The notes beneath the pieces are model-generated. The model made no database searches. It was not told where the DNA came from and saw nothing but the letters and a program-made list of their open reading frames with translations. The translations under genes and the position numbers were made by a program. This document shows positions 12,619 to 24,335 of a stretch of 64,000 nt of DNA, in pieces. The stretch's first letter is position 1. Each line of letters begins with the position of its first letter. The stretch is from Octopus vulgaris (lineage: Eukaryota): assembly GCA_951406725.2 (NCBI GenBank), contig OX597820.1, positions 87,544,001-87,608,000 on the forward strand, written 5' to 3'.

Positions 12619-12622
<4 letters not shown>
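9187..12622 (-). mobile_element. RTE-clade LINE, ~3.4 kb, 5'-truncated within the APE endonuclease, ORF disrupted
   Basis: APE motifs (QEVRW, SAYAPQ, GDFN.HVG, SQIDYIL in 12058-12612), RT motifs (GKAPGP, NYRGIKLL, QFGF, AFVDMEKAFD, YADD in 10489-11325; FRYLG in 10027-10335), C-terminal WYGHV/RGRPRKTW, (TGA)n tail; several stops and frameshifts. Confidence 0.97.
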
Positions 12623-12684
<62 letters not shown>

Positions 12685-12687
<3 letters not shown>

Positions 12688-12878
12688 TCATCATCATCAT
12701 CATCGTCGTTTAACGTCCGTTCTCCATGCTAGCATGGGTTGGACGGTTCGACCGGGGTTCTGGGAAGCCAGAAGGCTGCACCAGGCTCCAGTCTAATCTG
12801 GCAATGTTTCTACAGCTGGATGCCCTTCCTAACGCCAACCACTCCGTGAGTGTAGTGGGTGCTTTTTACGTGCCACCT
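12685..12878 (-). mobile_element. Short RTE LINE 3' end in (TA)n
   Basis: Same 3' terminal sequence and tail as 9187-9380; TA repeats on both sides. Confidence 0.9.
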
Positions 12879-12879
12879 G

Positions 12880-13025
12880 TATATATATACAGTGGTCCTC
12901 TTTCGGTTTCCATCTACCAGATCCACTCAGGCTTTGGTTAGTCTGTGGTTATAGTAGAAGACGCTTGATCAAAATGCCTTGCAGTGAGACTGAACCCTGA
13001 ACCATGTATCTAAGAAGCAAACTGC
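12880..13025 (-). mobile_element. 5' half of a CORE-type SINE (family B), diverged
   Basis: Reverse complement resembles 40050-40190 (GGTTCAGTC..ACTG, GTCTTCTACTATA, GTGGAT.TGGTAGATGGAAAC.GAAAG). Confidence 0.7.
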
Positions 13026-13974
13026 ATGCATGCATATATGTATGTAAGTATGTATGTATGTATGTATGCATGTATGTATGTATGTATGTATGCATGTATG
13101 CATGTATGTATGTATGTATGTATGCATGTATGCATGCATGTATGTATGCATATATCTATATGTGCAAAGTTGTATATTTTGTTTTATGTATGTATTCTCA
13201 TGCATATAGTTGCATATCTTGATATGCTCATATATATATTTAAATGATAAATTTGTGGGAAGTTTTACAGATTTTCACAGTTCCAGTGATGGCTTGGATC
13301 TGTAGTCTTCGAATAAGCTTCCTCCATCTGGTTTTGAGAAGCCTAATTGATCAAGATAAGTATCTAGGCAATGTGTTACATATCCCAGTGCCCCAATAAT
13401 TACAGATAAAAACCTGAACTATGTATGTATATATGTATGTATGTATGTATATAGGTACATGCATGGTAGTATGATTAAGAATTTTTCTTGCAACTGTATG
13501 TTTCTGGCTTTGATACAAACATCAAATGCAAGTGTAACTGTTCCACCACTCTGCCTGAGGACTATCCAAGAATTGGTACATAACTTAATAATGGAATATC
13601 ATAATCCTATGTATTCAGTATATATCTATCCGTTTAAAATATGAAGCTGTCTCTTACAATACCTTACAAGAGTTTTTTTTAAAAAAGATCAAGCAATATT
13701 TAGCTTAATTAAAAGAATATTCCAATGTTTAATCATAGATTTTTGATGATTCATTTAAGTTAATTTTTCTAGTATTATTTGTTTGAGATGGATGCATCAA
13801 TCCTTTGTGAATTTGATATATTTGTTAACCATTGGAGCAAATATCCACATAGCATGTTTCTTTTACTTCTTAACTTCGTCATTATCATCATCATTGTCAT
13901 CATCACCTGTACGACAATGACAACAACCAATATCACCATCACCATCACCAACAGCAACTTCTTCTTCTTCTTAG

Positions 13975-14082
13975 CTACAACTACTATTACAACTGTTGCT
14001 GCTGCTGCTGCTGATACTACTACTACTACTACTACTACTATTACTACTACTACTACTACTGCTGCTGCTGCTGTTGCTTCTT

Positions 14083-14144
<62 letters not shown>

Positions 14145-14148
14145 ACTA

Positions 14149-14203
<55 letters not shown>

Positions 14204-14314
14204 GCTGTTGCTACTGCTGCTGTTGCTACTGCTGCTGCTACTACTACTACTACTACTACTGCTGTTGCTGCTGCTACTACTACTACTGCTGCTGCTACTA
14301 CTACTACTACTACA

Positions 14315-14352
<38 letters not shown>

Positions 14353-14376
14353 AACATCTACTACTGCTGCTGCTGT

Positions 14377-14407
<31 letters not shown>

Positions 14408-14490
14408 ACTACTACTGCTGCTGCTGCTACTACACTACTACACTATTACTACTACTACTACTGCTGCTGCTGCTACTGCTGCTGCTGCTG

Positions 14491-14522
<32 letters not shown>

Positions 14523-14599
14523 GCTACTACTACTGCTGCTGTTGCTGCTGCTACTACTACTACTACTACTACTACTACTAATACTATCACCACCACTTT

Positions 14600-14645
<46 letters not shown>

Positions 14646-14884
14646 GCTGCTGCTGCCATCACCAGTCACCTTTCTCTAGTTAAATTGGTAACATACTTTC
14701 TTTAAGAATTATGTAAGGGACAAATGGGTGCATTTATTTCGTTTAACGATTAGTCATCATAGCAGTAGTAGCAGCAGTAGTAACTGCATTAGAAGCAGAA
14801 GCTGCAACAGCGGCAGTAGCAGTAGTACTAGTGGTGGTGGTGGTGATGAATTTGCGAACTACCAACTATCACCACAACCACCAT

Positions 14885-14961
<77 letters not shown>

Positions 14962-14962
14962 A

Positions 14963-15033
<71 letters not shown>

Positions 15034-15034
15034 A

Positions 15035-15079
<45 letters not shown>

Positions 15080-15138
15080 CACTACTGCTGCTGCTGCTGC
15101 TGTTGCTGCTGCTGTTGCTGCTGCTTCTGCTACTACTA

Positions 15139-15180
<42 letters not shown>

Positions 15181-15189
15181 ATACTACTA

Positions 15190-15278
<89 letters not shown>

Positions 15279-15280
15279 GC
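13975..15280. repeat. Large compound (CTA)n/(CTG)n microsatellite block
   Basis: Alternating CTA and CTG runs over about 1.3 kb with a short unique interruption at about 14665-14760. Confidence 0.97.
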
Positions 15281-15414
15281 TACAAGATGGCAAATTTGTA
15301 GAATTTTTAGGGCGTCAGATAAAATGCCTCTGCAATATTCATTTTGATGTTTTGCTCTCATATTTCGAATCCTGTCAAACTCAATTTTACATTTCATCAT
15401 TTGGGGTTCATTAA

Positions 15415-15637
15415 CCTTTTAGCTTTTAGGTTACTCTGTCAAATGTAACAGTTATTTATTCAAATTTTTTAAAATTTTATTATATATTAACTCGTAGTAG
15501 CTTTGAGATTTTGATAATGCGATTGATTACTTTCAACATGACATTATAGGGTAGGTATGAAAGGCCTGATCTGGTCAGTGTGAGTGTAAAACAGATAGAA
15601 CATTTTGTCAGATGTGGTCAGTTTAAATGTTAAAGGG
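15415..15637. mobile_element. piggyBac-type MITE (~220 bp)
   Basis: TTAA at 15411-15414 and 15638-15641; termini CCTTTTAGC.../...GTTAAAGGG; related copies at 39200-39416 and 40653-40873. Confidence 0.8.
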
Positions 15638-15841
15638 TTAAATAAAATATCAGCCCAAAGCAGTTGACTGGTAGAAATTTTAGAATGTTGGAGAGTATGT
15701 GCTGCAGGGCTGATTCCTGCATTTTACATTCTGGGCTCAAATTTTGCCTAGGTGTTGACAGCAGTGGTTAGCTTATCAACCAAAGACATTTGTACCATGT
15801 CCAATCAAACAATTGACTATAAATATATATATATATATATA

Positions 15842-16245
15842 CTAGCAGTATCGCCCGGCGTTGCTCAGGTTTGTAAGGGAAATAACTATATAAGCATTTT
15901 TAGAGATGTAAAGTATAATAGCCATCTCAATATGGCTAACCACAAAGGGGGGTGTTACTGTAGCTTTTTACATTCTGAGATTTAATAATACATCTTTAGA
16001 GAGTTACTTCCCTTATATAATAGCAAAAAATGCATTAAAAATGGGAAAAAATCATGGTAAATTGTTTTTTAAATCGTAGACTCATCGTAGATGCGTGCTA
16101 ATACACAGAAGGGCTTGATATGAATCACGACTATAAGATACTCGCTTTTGGTTACATTGCACTGCAAAATGTGGGAGTAGTTAGGAATCTAAATCGTAGG
16201 TGACAGACACCACACAACCTCACTTTTATATATATATATATATAT
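15842..16245 (-). mobile_element. Non-autonomous Helitron-like element
   Basis: Minus-strand 3' end ACCTGAGCAACGCCGGGCGATACTG-CTAG|T (GC-rich hairpin then CTAG followed by host T). The 5' end merges into a TATATATAAAA tract. Confidence 0.7.
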
Positions 16246-16247
16246 AA

Positions 16248-16460
16248 AGTTAATCCAAACATGAAAACACAAAGAGAAAACACAACAACGTGAGGATGTG
16301 GGACAAATATAGTATTATTGGACGCTCAGGAAGGAAGGGAAGAAGGAGGGCTTTACGTTTCGAGTGGAGTTCTTCGTCAGAAACATAGGAAAAGGAAAGA
16401 TCCAGAGAAGGGAAGACGGAGGAAAAAAAATTGCCAACGGTACACACACGGTCACATTTT
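16248..16460 (-). mobile_element. PLE-type terminal-repeat fragment carrying a minimal hammerhead motif (16350-16384), between (TA)n tracts
   Basis: Minus strand GTTT-CTGACGA-A-GAACTCCACTC-GAA-ACGT-A-AAGC: intact core, palindromic stem III (ACGT), 4-bp stem I, weak stem II. Similar in layout to 8251-8400. Confidence 0.65.
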
Positions 16461-16486
16461 TATATATATATATATATATATAAATA

Positions 16487-17065
16487 TATCAGGCTGAATA
16501 AAAAGTAAGCAACGTTTTGAAACATGAAATTCATCACAATATATTTCAACAGTTTGGAAAATTTATTCATCAAAGTAAGTGCCATTACAATCAACACATT
16601 TTTGCCAATGAGTTACAAGTTTGTTTATTCCAGTAACATAAAAATCTGGAGTTCTGGAGCTGATGAACTCTTTGAATGCACTTTCGACATTGGTTTGATT
16701 TCTGAACTCCTTCTCTTGCAGGAAACTATCAATGTGCTTGAAAAAGTGGTAGTCAGTAGGAGAAAAGTCTGGGGAATAAGCTGGGTGGAGAAGAACTTCA
16801 TAGCCAAGTTCCCTCAACTTCTGGAGCATATTTAGTGAAACATGTAGATGAGCATTGTCATGAAGAATGATTGGCTCTCTTCTGTTGACCAGAAGTGATG
16901 GAGGAGTAGCAGTTTTTCATTCATTTTGGGAATTTGATGGCAATATGTTTCTGCAGTAATAGTTTTTGAAGGTTTTAAGGAGTTATAGTAGTCCAATACC
17001 AAACAGCCAGCATAACCTTTTTTTTGAAGAGCTTGGGTTTAGGGAAGATTTTTTGCTTGTGTTGC
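16487..17065 (-). mobile_element. mariner transposon 3' remnant (catalytic-domain C-terminus)
   Basis: ORF 16563-16829 has HPAYSPDFSPTDYHFF...GINKLVTHWQKCVDCNGTYF; upstream LHDNAHLH and KKVMLAVW; TIR-like end TATCAGG at 16487 beside a TA tract. Confidence 0.9.
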
Positions 17066-17071
17066 TTTGGG

Positions 17072-17104
<33 letters not shown>

Positions 17105-17109
17105 CAGGT

Positions 17110-17400
17110 GAAGGCACATTGCTTAGTGGTTGGGGTGTTACTCTTATGATCACTAGTTTGCAGTTTTGATTCCCAGACTGGCAATGCATCGTGTTCTTAA
17201 TCAAAACACTTCATTTTATGTTGCTCCAGTCCACTCAGCTGTAAATGGGTAACCCTGCAACAGATTGGAATTCTGTTTAGGGCGAATGTTGGCCAGCCCA
17301 CTTAGTCAGTGGGGGTGATATCACTGAAAAATCTACAGCAATGCGAGGAAGTGCATTGTGACCAGCAGTGTATAACAACACCTAATAATTTGGTCAATAC
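17110..17400 (+). mobile_element. Diverged CORE-type SINE (family C-related)
   Basis: GAAGGCACATTGCTTAGTGGTT head, then TGTTCTT...CACTTCATTT..GTTGCTCCAGTCCACTCAGCTGTAAATGG. Confidence 0.6.
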
Positions 17401-17660
17401 AGCAATACATAGATAGATAAATAGGTAGACGGATAGGTAAATAAATAGATAGATAGATAGATATGTTTCTTTATTAGCCACACAGGGCTGAACACAGAGG
17501 GGACAAATTATGAAGTAGAGCTTTTCTTTTTGGGTAGAAAAAAGAAGAAAAGAAAAAGAAAAAAAGCGTGGGTAGGTTTTCGATCAAAAGGGATCGTAAA
17601 AAGAGAGAAAAGAAAAGAAAACGATCAATAGGGATAGATAGATAGATAGATAGATAGATT

Positions 17661-17714
<54 letters not shown>

Positions 17715-17829
17715 CCAACAACCAACAAATGTAAGCAGATGATTAAATGTTGTGGTTTTCATGCCCCAACGAACATTAGGCTAAATGGAAAATATAACAG
17801 CTGCAATAAATGCATTGTTGTCAAATGTT

Positions 17830-17871
17830 ACTACTACTAGTAGTAGTAGAAGTAGTAGCAGCAGCAGTAGC

Positions 17872-17916
<45 letters not shown>

Positions 17917-18039
17917 CATTGCTGTTTTTATTACTAACTACTACTTCAACTGCAACAGCTTCTTCAGATGTTATTGTTACTACTACTATTGTTCCGACTG
18001 ACAAAGCCCCTTCTTCTTCTGTTGCTTCTCCTCCTCCAC

Positions 18040-18072
<33 letters not shown>

Positions 18073-18269
18073 TTGTTACTATTATAGTAACAGCTGCAAC
18101 TGTTGATACTTCTGCTATGACACTGAATGCAGCAGCCTCTTACTATATACCACTATAACTACTATGACAGCTACTGCACATATAATTGCTGCTACTACTG
18201 CAACTATTGCTACTACAATATTGGCTACAACAGAATTTGGTGCTGCTCCTCCTCCTCCTCCTCCTACTA

Positions 18270-18307
<38 letters not shown>

Positions 18308-19288
18308 ATTACTGCTACTATTACTACTCTTAGTCTCAAATGTACGTAAATTTCAAATTAAGTTTACCACCACCACCACCACTATTACTACTACTACTAC
18401 TACTACTACTACTATCACCACCACTTTTACTACTACTACTTCTACTACTACTACTACTACTATTACTACTACAACTACCTCTACTACTACTACTACTACT
18501 ACTACTATCACCACCACTTTTACTACTACTACTACTACTATCACCACCACTTTTACTACTACTACTATTACTACTACTACTACTACTACTACAACAACAA
18601 AAGCAGCAGCTGCTGCCGACAACTGTTGCTGCTGTTGCTCTTGTATTAGCTGTAGCAGACTGTACTCCTGCTACTGCTGCGACTACTACTGCTACAATAT
18701 TGGCTGCTGCTGCTGCTGCGGCTGCTGCTTCTGCTGTTACATTCACTACTACAACGACAATAGCAGCTGCCTCGGACAACCGTTGCTACAAGTGCTACTG
18801 CTGCAGCTGCTGCTATCACTACGATATTGGCTGCAGCAGACTCCTATTGCTATTGCTTATACACTTACTACTGCTGCTGCTGCTACTACTGCAGCTTCTG
18901 CTGCCGCTACTGCTACTGTTACTACTACAGCTACTGCTGTCGCTACTACTACTGCTGTTACTATTACAGCTACTACTGCAGCTGTTACAACCTATTTCTT
19001 TACTACCCACAAGGGGCTAAACACAGAGGGGACAAACAAGGACAGACATAGGTATTAAGTCGATTACATCGACCCCAGTGCGTAACTGGTACTTAATTTA
19101 TCGACCCCGAAAGGATGAAAGGCAAAGTCGACCTCGGCGGAATTTGAACTCACAATGTAACGCAGACGAAATACCGCTAAGCATTTCGCCCGGCGTGCTA
19201 ACGTTTCTGCCAGCTCGCCGCCTTTTACTACTGTTACAACATTAGGCTAAATGCAGCTGTTACAACCACCACCACCACAGCCACCACC

Positions 19289-19348
<60 letters not shown>

Positions 19349-19350
19349 GC
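17830..19350. repeat. Second compound CTA/CTG/CCA/TAG microsatellite block
   Basis: Directly visible; interrupted by a SINE at 18993-19224. Confidence 0.95.
18993..19224 (-). mobile_element. Full-length SINE family A with CpGs intact
   Basis: Colinear with 2977-3210; candidate 10-bp TSD CTGTTACAAC at 18982-18991 and 19231-19240. Confidence 0.92.
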
Positions 19351-20096
19351 CACTACCACCGTCAACTTTGCCTTCCATGCTTTCTAGATCAATAAAATAA
19401 AGTACCCAAAACGTACAAGGAATTAGCACAGTAGAGAATGTCTTTACCCTAAATTTGTGGGGTTTTGACAAAAAAAAAAAAAGGCACGGAAAGAGAAAAG
19501 GGCTTCCCAAAAGAAACCCCCTACTCCAAGCGAAAGCAAATAAAATGCGGAAAGTGGGGCCCGTATTCAAAACGTGTGTTTCATGGTTGCACTGTGCGAA
19601 ACGCTAATCCTTTTCTCGAGGAACTAATTAAAAGAAGCTAAGAAAAACTGTAATGACGAATGGTTTTTGAATTCCTCTGGTCTTATTCCCGTCATTGAAG
19701 TGATGGGAATAAGGATAGAGTATTTTACCATGATGACGTAAGACTAGCTTACCCAGCAAACATGGGGTGCCTCATATCACGATCCCGCCCAACCTAAAAC
19801 TGTTTACGGGCTCCTTTGGGTGCACCAAGTTTCAATACGTAGGTAGAGAAGGTACGCAAAATATGTGAAGTGGAACTTATTGCCTCACTCATCGATTTAA
19901 ATTTCAAAGTCTCTGGTATTTTTAACGAATAGTTGAATCGAAGCTAATAAACGAATTGAAGGTAGATCAGCCATGGGGAGTACTGTGGTCCGTGGGACTT
20001 TCTGAATGGCATGTCTAACGAAAACTTACCTTGATTTTGTTTTTAGTAGTGTAGTTTGCCAAGTTAATGAGCTGTTTTCATGGGCCAGGAAGCGAC

Positions 20097-20904
20097 ATTT
20101 TTCCCACGAGAGTTCCGGATCCCAGTTATGAACTCATTTGCATACAGCCAATCAGAGCTCAACAATCAAACTAGTGTCCACCAAGTTACGAAAATACTCT
20201 GGTTCAGTTCTGTGGAAAATGAGCGTTATAGCAAAATCCAACTGTTCTAAACGGGTTAATAGGGGTGACAAATGTGAAATTTAGTGTATAAAGTGAATGG
20301 AGAGCTGCTCACCGATGATGCTATAAGTGTTGCCAATTTGCATAATTTACTAGAAAATGTAAATGGGTGTAGTTTCCAAACTTTTTAACTGATTTTGTTG
20401 TCTGGGGAGAGTCATTTTCTTTTTGTGCCTTATAATTTAACACACTCACTGGTAAAATTTCCACTTATTCCTTATTTTTATTTTACTAAAATTTTCATTG
20501 CATCTTGCATCTCTTTCAACTCTTGACTGATTTTGTACATTCCTAATTTAAAATGTTGGTGTTGATCTGGAAACATCGTAATCAACATGACGTTGTGTCG
20601 TATTGCACCTTCCTTGCACATATCAATAGGTACATGCAGTATCACTAATCTCAATCTGAGCATAGGTACCTAATGTTAGCTCCATTTAGAGATAGTGCTC
20701 AATGGATCTATGGGGATGGTGAGGCAGGAAATGTGGTGCTTATTTGAGACCTGCTATGCTGAACGCATAGAGTGGCATACACCATTCTATGCCTGATTGG
20801 CTGTACTGTAGTAGTACACAGTATGTGGATTTTCAAAGTGGGCTCTGATTGGCTGTATGCAAATGAGTTCATTACTGGGATCCGGAACTCTCGTGGGAAA
20901 AAAT
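20097..20904. mobile_element. Non-autonomous DNA transposon with ~60-bp terminal inverted repeats
   Basis: TTTTTCCCACGAGAGTTCCGGATCCCAGT.ATGAACTCATTTGCATACAGCCAATCAGAGC at 20098-20158 and its reverse complement at 20842-20902. Exact termini and TSD unclear. Confidence 0.8.
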
Positions 20905-21232
20905 CGTGGCCGGGAACAGGGGATGCAAGCACATCTAAAATTTTGGCGGGTGCAAAATTAAAATTTGCACCTCTACTTACTTTTCCCAGGTTTAGAAAAT
21001 AGTGCGTAAAATGTGATCAGTAAAAAGTAGCTTGAAGTTTTCTTCTCAAAGATTAAAGATCAAAATGAAAAAACAAAAAAAAAAAAAAACAAGAGATTGT
21101 TTGTAAAACTTCTGAACTCGAATTTGCACCCACTAAGCAAATTTCGTTCTCGAGTCAATAGCTGTCTCATGCGGCTTACCTTTCGAAAAGTGTTGCCCAT
21201 AACTGAGATACACAATTCGGGTCACAAGGCCT

Positions 21233-24200
21233 GCGCAGCTGCCCCTCTTGACAGCAGGTTAAACAAGCTGGCCATTATAGAGGGCGTTACTCAACATTAA
21301 GATTCAGACACTCATCTCTTCCTCTTTCAGCACAGGGACGCGAGCTGTGAAGACGCAACCTGACTGACTCTCTCTCATACCACACGCCAGCTTGCAGATA
21401 GGAGCATAGCTCAGCAGACTATGGCCTTCATGCACCAACCATTCCATTGTGTATATACGTTTGGCCCCAATAAACGTATTTAAAGTTACAACCTTGTTTA
21501 TATATTCTTCATCTGGGTCTACTACCAAATGAGATTACAGCTTTCTGAGTGAGTCACATTTGGTGGCTCAACAACAACCTACCCATCTATAATGGTAATC
21601 CCGACGTGATGCAGACACTGCCCATCTATAATGGTGACCCTGACATGGACAACTACCCATCTATAATGGTGACCCGACGCGGAACAGAACTATCCTTCTA
21701 AAACAGTGAACACCGGACGAATACAGACCAGTAAATACGTATTCCTTTTTCTATTTCGCGACTTTGGCTACGCAACCAAATCGCCACTCGTCATACAGGA
21801 ACACTACCGATGTCTCCCGTCGCCATATTATCTTCTTCACCAGAAAATTTGGTGCCATTTTCAAGCGGGAAATTGCAAATCCTTTTTCCTCGGGTTGTAA
21901 CCGAATTTACAACTTGGTCCTTTGCAAACACAGCGTCCTCGGGGAATATTCTTCTTGCTTATAAAAAAAGGAAAAAAATTATCCGGAATTTTCTCCAGGA
22001 TTCACATGGACAGCAAAGTTTTCCTACGTGCCAGGTATGAGTTTCTTTCTCTCAACCACCCGGATTATCCACGTGTTGGCCATGCTTTGTTCTTTATCCG
22101 TTTAGCAAGGACTCCTATTTTCATCCTCTGCTACTAAAAAAATTTTCCTAGTGCGCTGCTCATCGTGTTTTCTTTCAACTAGGGTGTTTGGCTACTATTT
22201 CTAACGGCGTTTTCTTCAACCAGCTTGTTCTTCGTGGCGTTCCGTTTTTCTATTATCGTCCAAGATGAGTCCTTGTTCTTTGCTTCAATTCCTTTCGTCG
22301 TTTTCCTCTCGCGCTTGTATTTCTTCTGTTCCGGATAGCATGCAATTCACTCTAATCTTGCGGTCTATCGCAGAACTAACCCATCAAGTCGCATGCTTAT
22401 GCGGAGATCGTTCGTTTTCACGGACTCATTCTGAAGGGAGAACAGGAAGGCGTTTTTTCTCGCGCCTCTTTCTTCAATCTGCTGGTACCATAAGAAGTTC
22501 AAGGACCAGGCTGAGAAGTGTACACAGCCCTGCTCTTAATCTTCTCAGGGAAACTAGGCAGGGAGACACTGGGCACGTTAGTCGTCTCCCCCATCGATTC
22601 ACCTTACCGTGAATTCTTTATCAGAGATAACCAATTCTTCAAAGTCCTTTATGGTGGATACGGGTGCCATCTTAAGTATTTGACCTCAAAGGTTTGCGTC
22701 CACCAATCCTGGTCTTTCGGACATCCCTCTCTACGCGGTGAATCACTCCTCCATCAAAACCCGCGGACAAATCTCTCTTACTCTGGATTTGTCACTCCAT
22801 AAGGATTTTAAGTGGATCTTTGCTATTGCGGACCTGTCCTATCCTATTCTTGGTGCGGATTTCTTACACCACTATTCTCTCGTTGTGGTTGTTAGAGGAC
22901 GCCAACAATTTGATGACAACTTCACTTGCCGTCGCCGGAAAGGATTCTTCTGTCCCCGTTGTGAGCCCTCCTTTCTTCGTGGCCGCTTCAGGTGACTCCT
23001 ATCAACAGTTACTCGTTTCGTTTCCAGAGTTGACTGATTTGTCTTTTCATCCATCAAATCCAACCCATTCCACGAGACATTTCATCACGACCAAGGGACC
23101 TCCAGTTTCTTCCCGACCGCGCTGTTTGTCTCCAGAGAAACTCCGGATCGCCCGAGCTGAATTCGAGCACATGCTCAGCTGGGCCTCATTCGTCCCTCCG
23201 CGAGCCCGCGGGCAGCACCTCTACACATGGCAAGGAAGAATGACGCTGGTTGAAGATTTTCGACGTCTTAACACCGTCACTATTGCAGATCGATATCCCA
23301 TCCCTAATGTTCAGGACTTTTCGTCTGCCCTGCAGGGCTGTAAGATTTTTTCTAAGATCAACTTTGTACGCGCATACAACCAGATCCCTGTCAACTCCGG
23401 AGCGTTTGAATTCTTGTCTATGCTGCTTGGACTTCGTAATGCGGCCAGCACGATCCAATGGTTCATTGATGAGGTGGTTCGTGGGTTAGATTTTCCGAAA
23501 CATTTATGCCACTTGTTGACACACCCATCATTCCACAAACACTGCCACTCCACGCCCACAAGCACCACCTCCACTCACTAAAACATCAACTACACAAACA
23601 CATTCTTCACCTTACAGGACACGTTCTGACAGATCGGTTCATCGGCCGAAGAAATTGTCTCAGACTATTTAAATTCCTTAACTTTGTCTCACCAGTCACT
23701 GTTCCGGACTTATGCTATAGACACCGCATTCACATTTTCTCTCTTTCAATATCATTGTACGTATATGTTTTGTTCTATTTGAGTGCACACCTTTCTCTGC
23801 TGAACGTTTTTCCTTGTACATTTGCATTGTACTTTTTTCAATTTCAGTTGTTCATACGACTGTTTTGCCATGGCTCATTCTTTTTTGCCCTCCTAGTACA
23901 CTCCGCCTACACTACTATTAATAGACCGCTTCCGGTCTAAGAGGGGACCTCTATAAGTGCAGTTGCCCCCCCCTCCCCGGACAGCGGGTTAAACAAGCTG
24001 GCTATTATAGAGGGCGTTACGCAGCATTAAGATTCAGACACTCATCTCTTCCTCTTTCTGCACTGGGATGCTAGCTGTGAAGACGCAACCCGACTGGCTC
24101 TCTCTCTCATACTACACGCCAGCTTGCAGATAGGAGCATAACACAGAAGACCATGGCCTTTATGCACCAATCATTCCATTTATCATTCCATTGGGTATAT

Positions 24201-24335
24201 ACGTGTGGCCACAATAAACGTATTTAAAGTTACAACCTTGCTTATATATTCTTCATCTGGGTCTACTACCAAATGAGATTACAGCTTTCTGAGTGAGTCA
24301 CATTTGGTGGATCAACAACAACCTTCCCAGCTATA
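21233..24335 (+). mobile_element. Gypsy/Ty3 LTR retrotransposon, CsRn1-like, internally deleted and non-autonomous
   Basis: Direct LTRs at about 21233-21591 and 23952-24335; PBS resembling TGGTGACCCCGACGTGAT (tRNA-Trp) at 21593; Gag CWYHKKFKDQAEKCTQPC (Cx2Hx9Cx3C) at 22480-22533; protease FMVDTGA at 22648 and PILGADFL; partial RT (DRYPIP, IFSKI, GLRNA) ending before YxDD; PPT GAGGGG at 23941; no RNase H or integrase. Confidence 0.93.

Noticed and set aside
13779-15414. Long ORFs (308, 227, 228 aa) of poly-Leu/Thr/Tyr/Cys
   Set aside because: Open only because CTA/CTG triplets lack stops in those frames; no domain content or splice context.
18186-19058. 290-aa and 226-aa low-complexity ORFs
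   Set aside because: Microsatellite translations running into a SINE.
21581-21683. Repeat-spacer pattern superficially like a CRISPR array
   Set aside because: Eukaryotic context, only three degenerate units, very short spacers, no cas genes; explained as LTR-end/PBS duplication.
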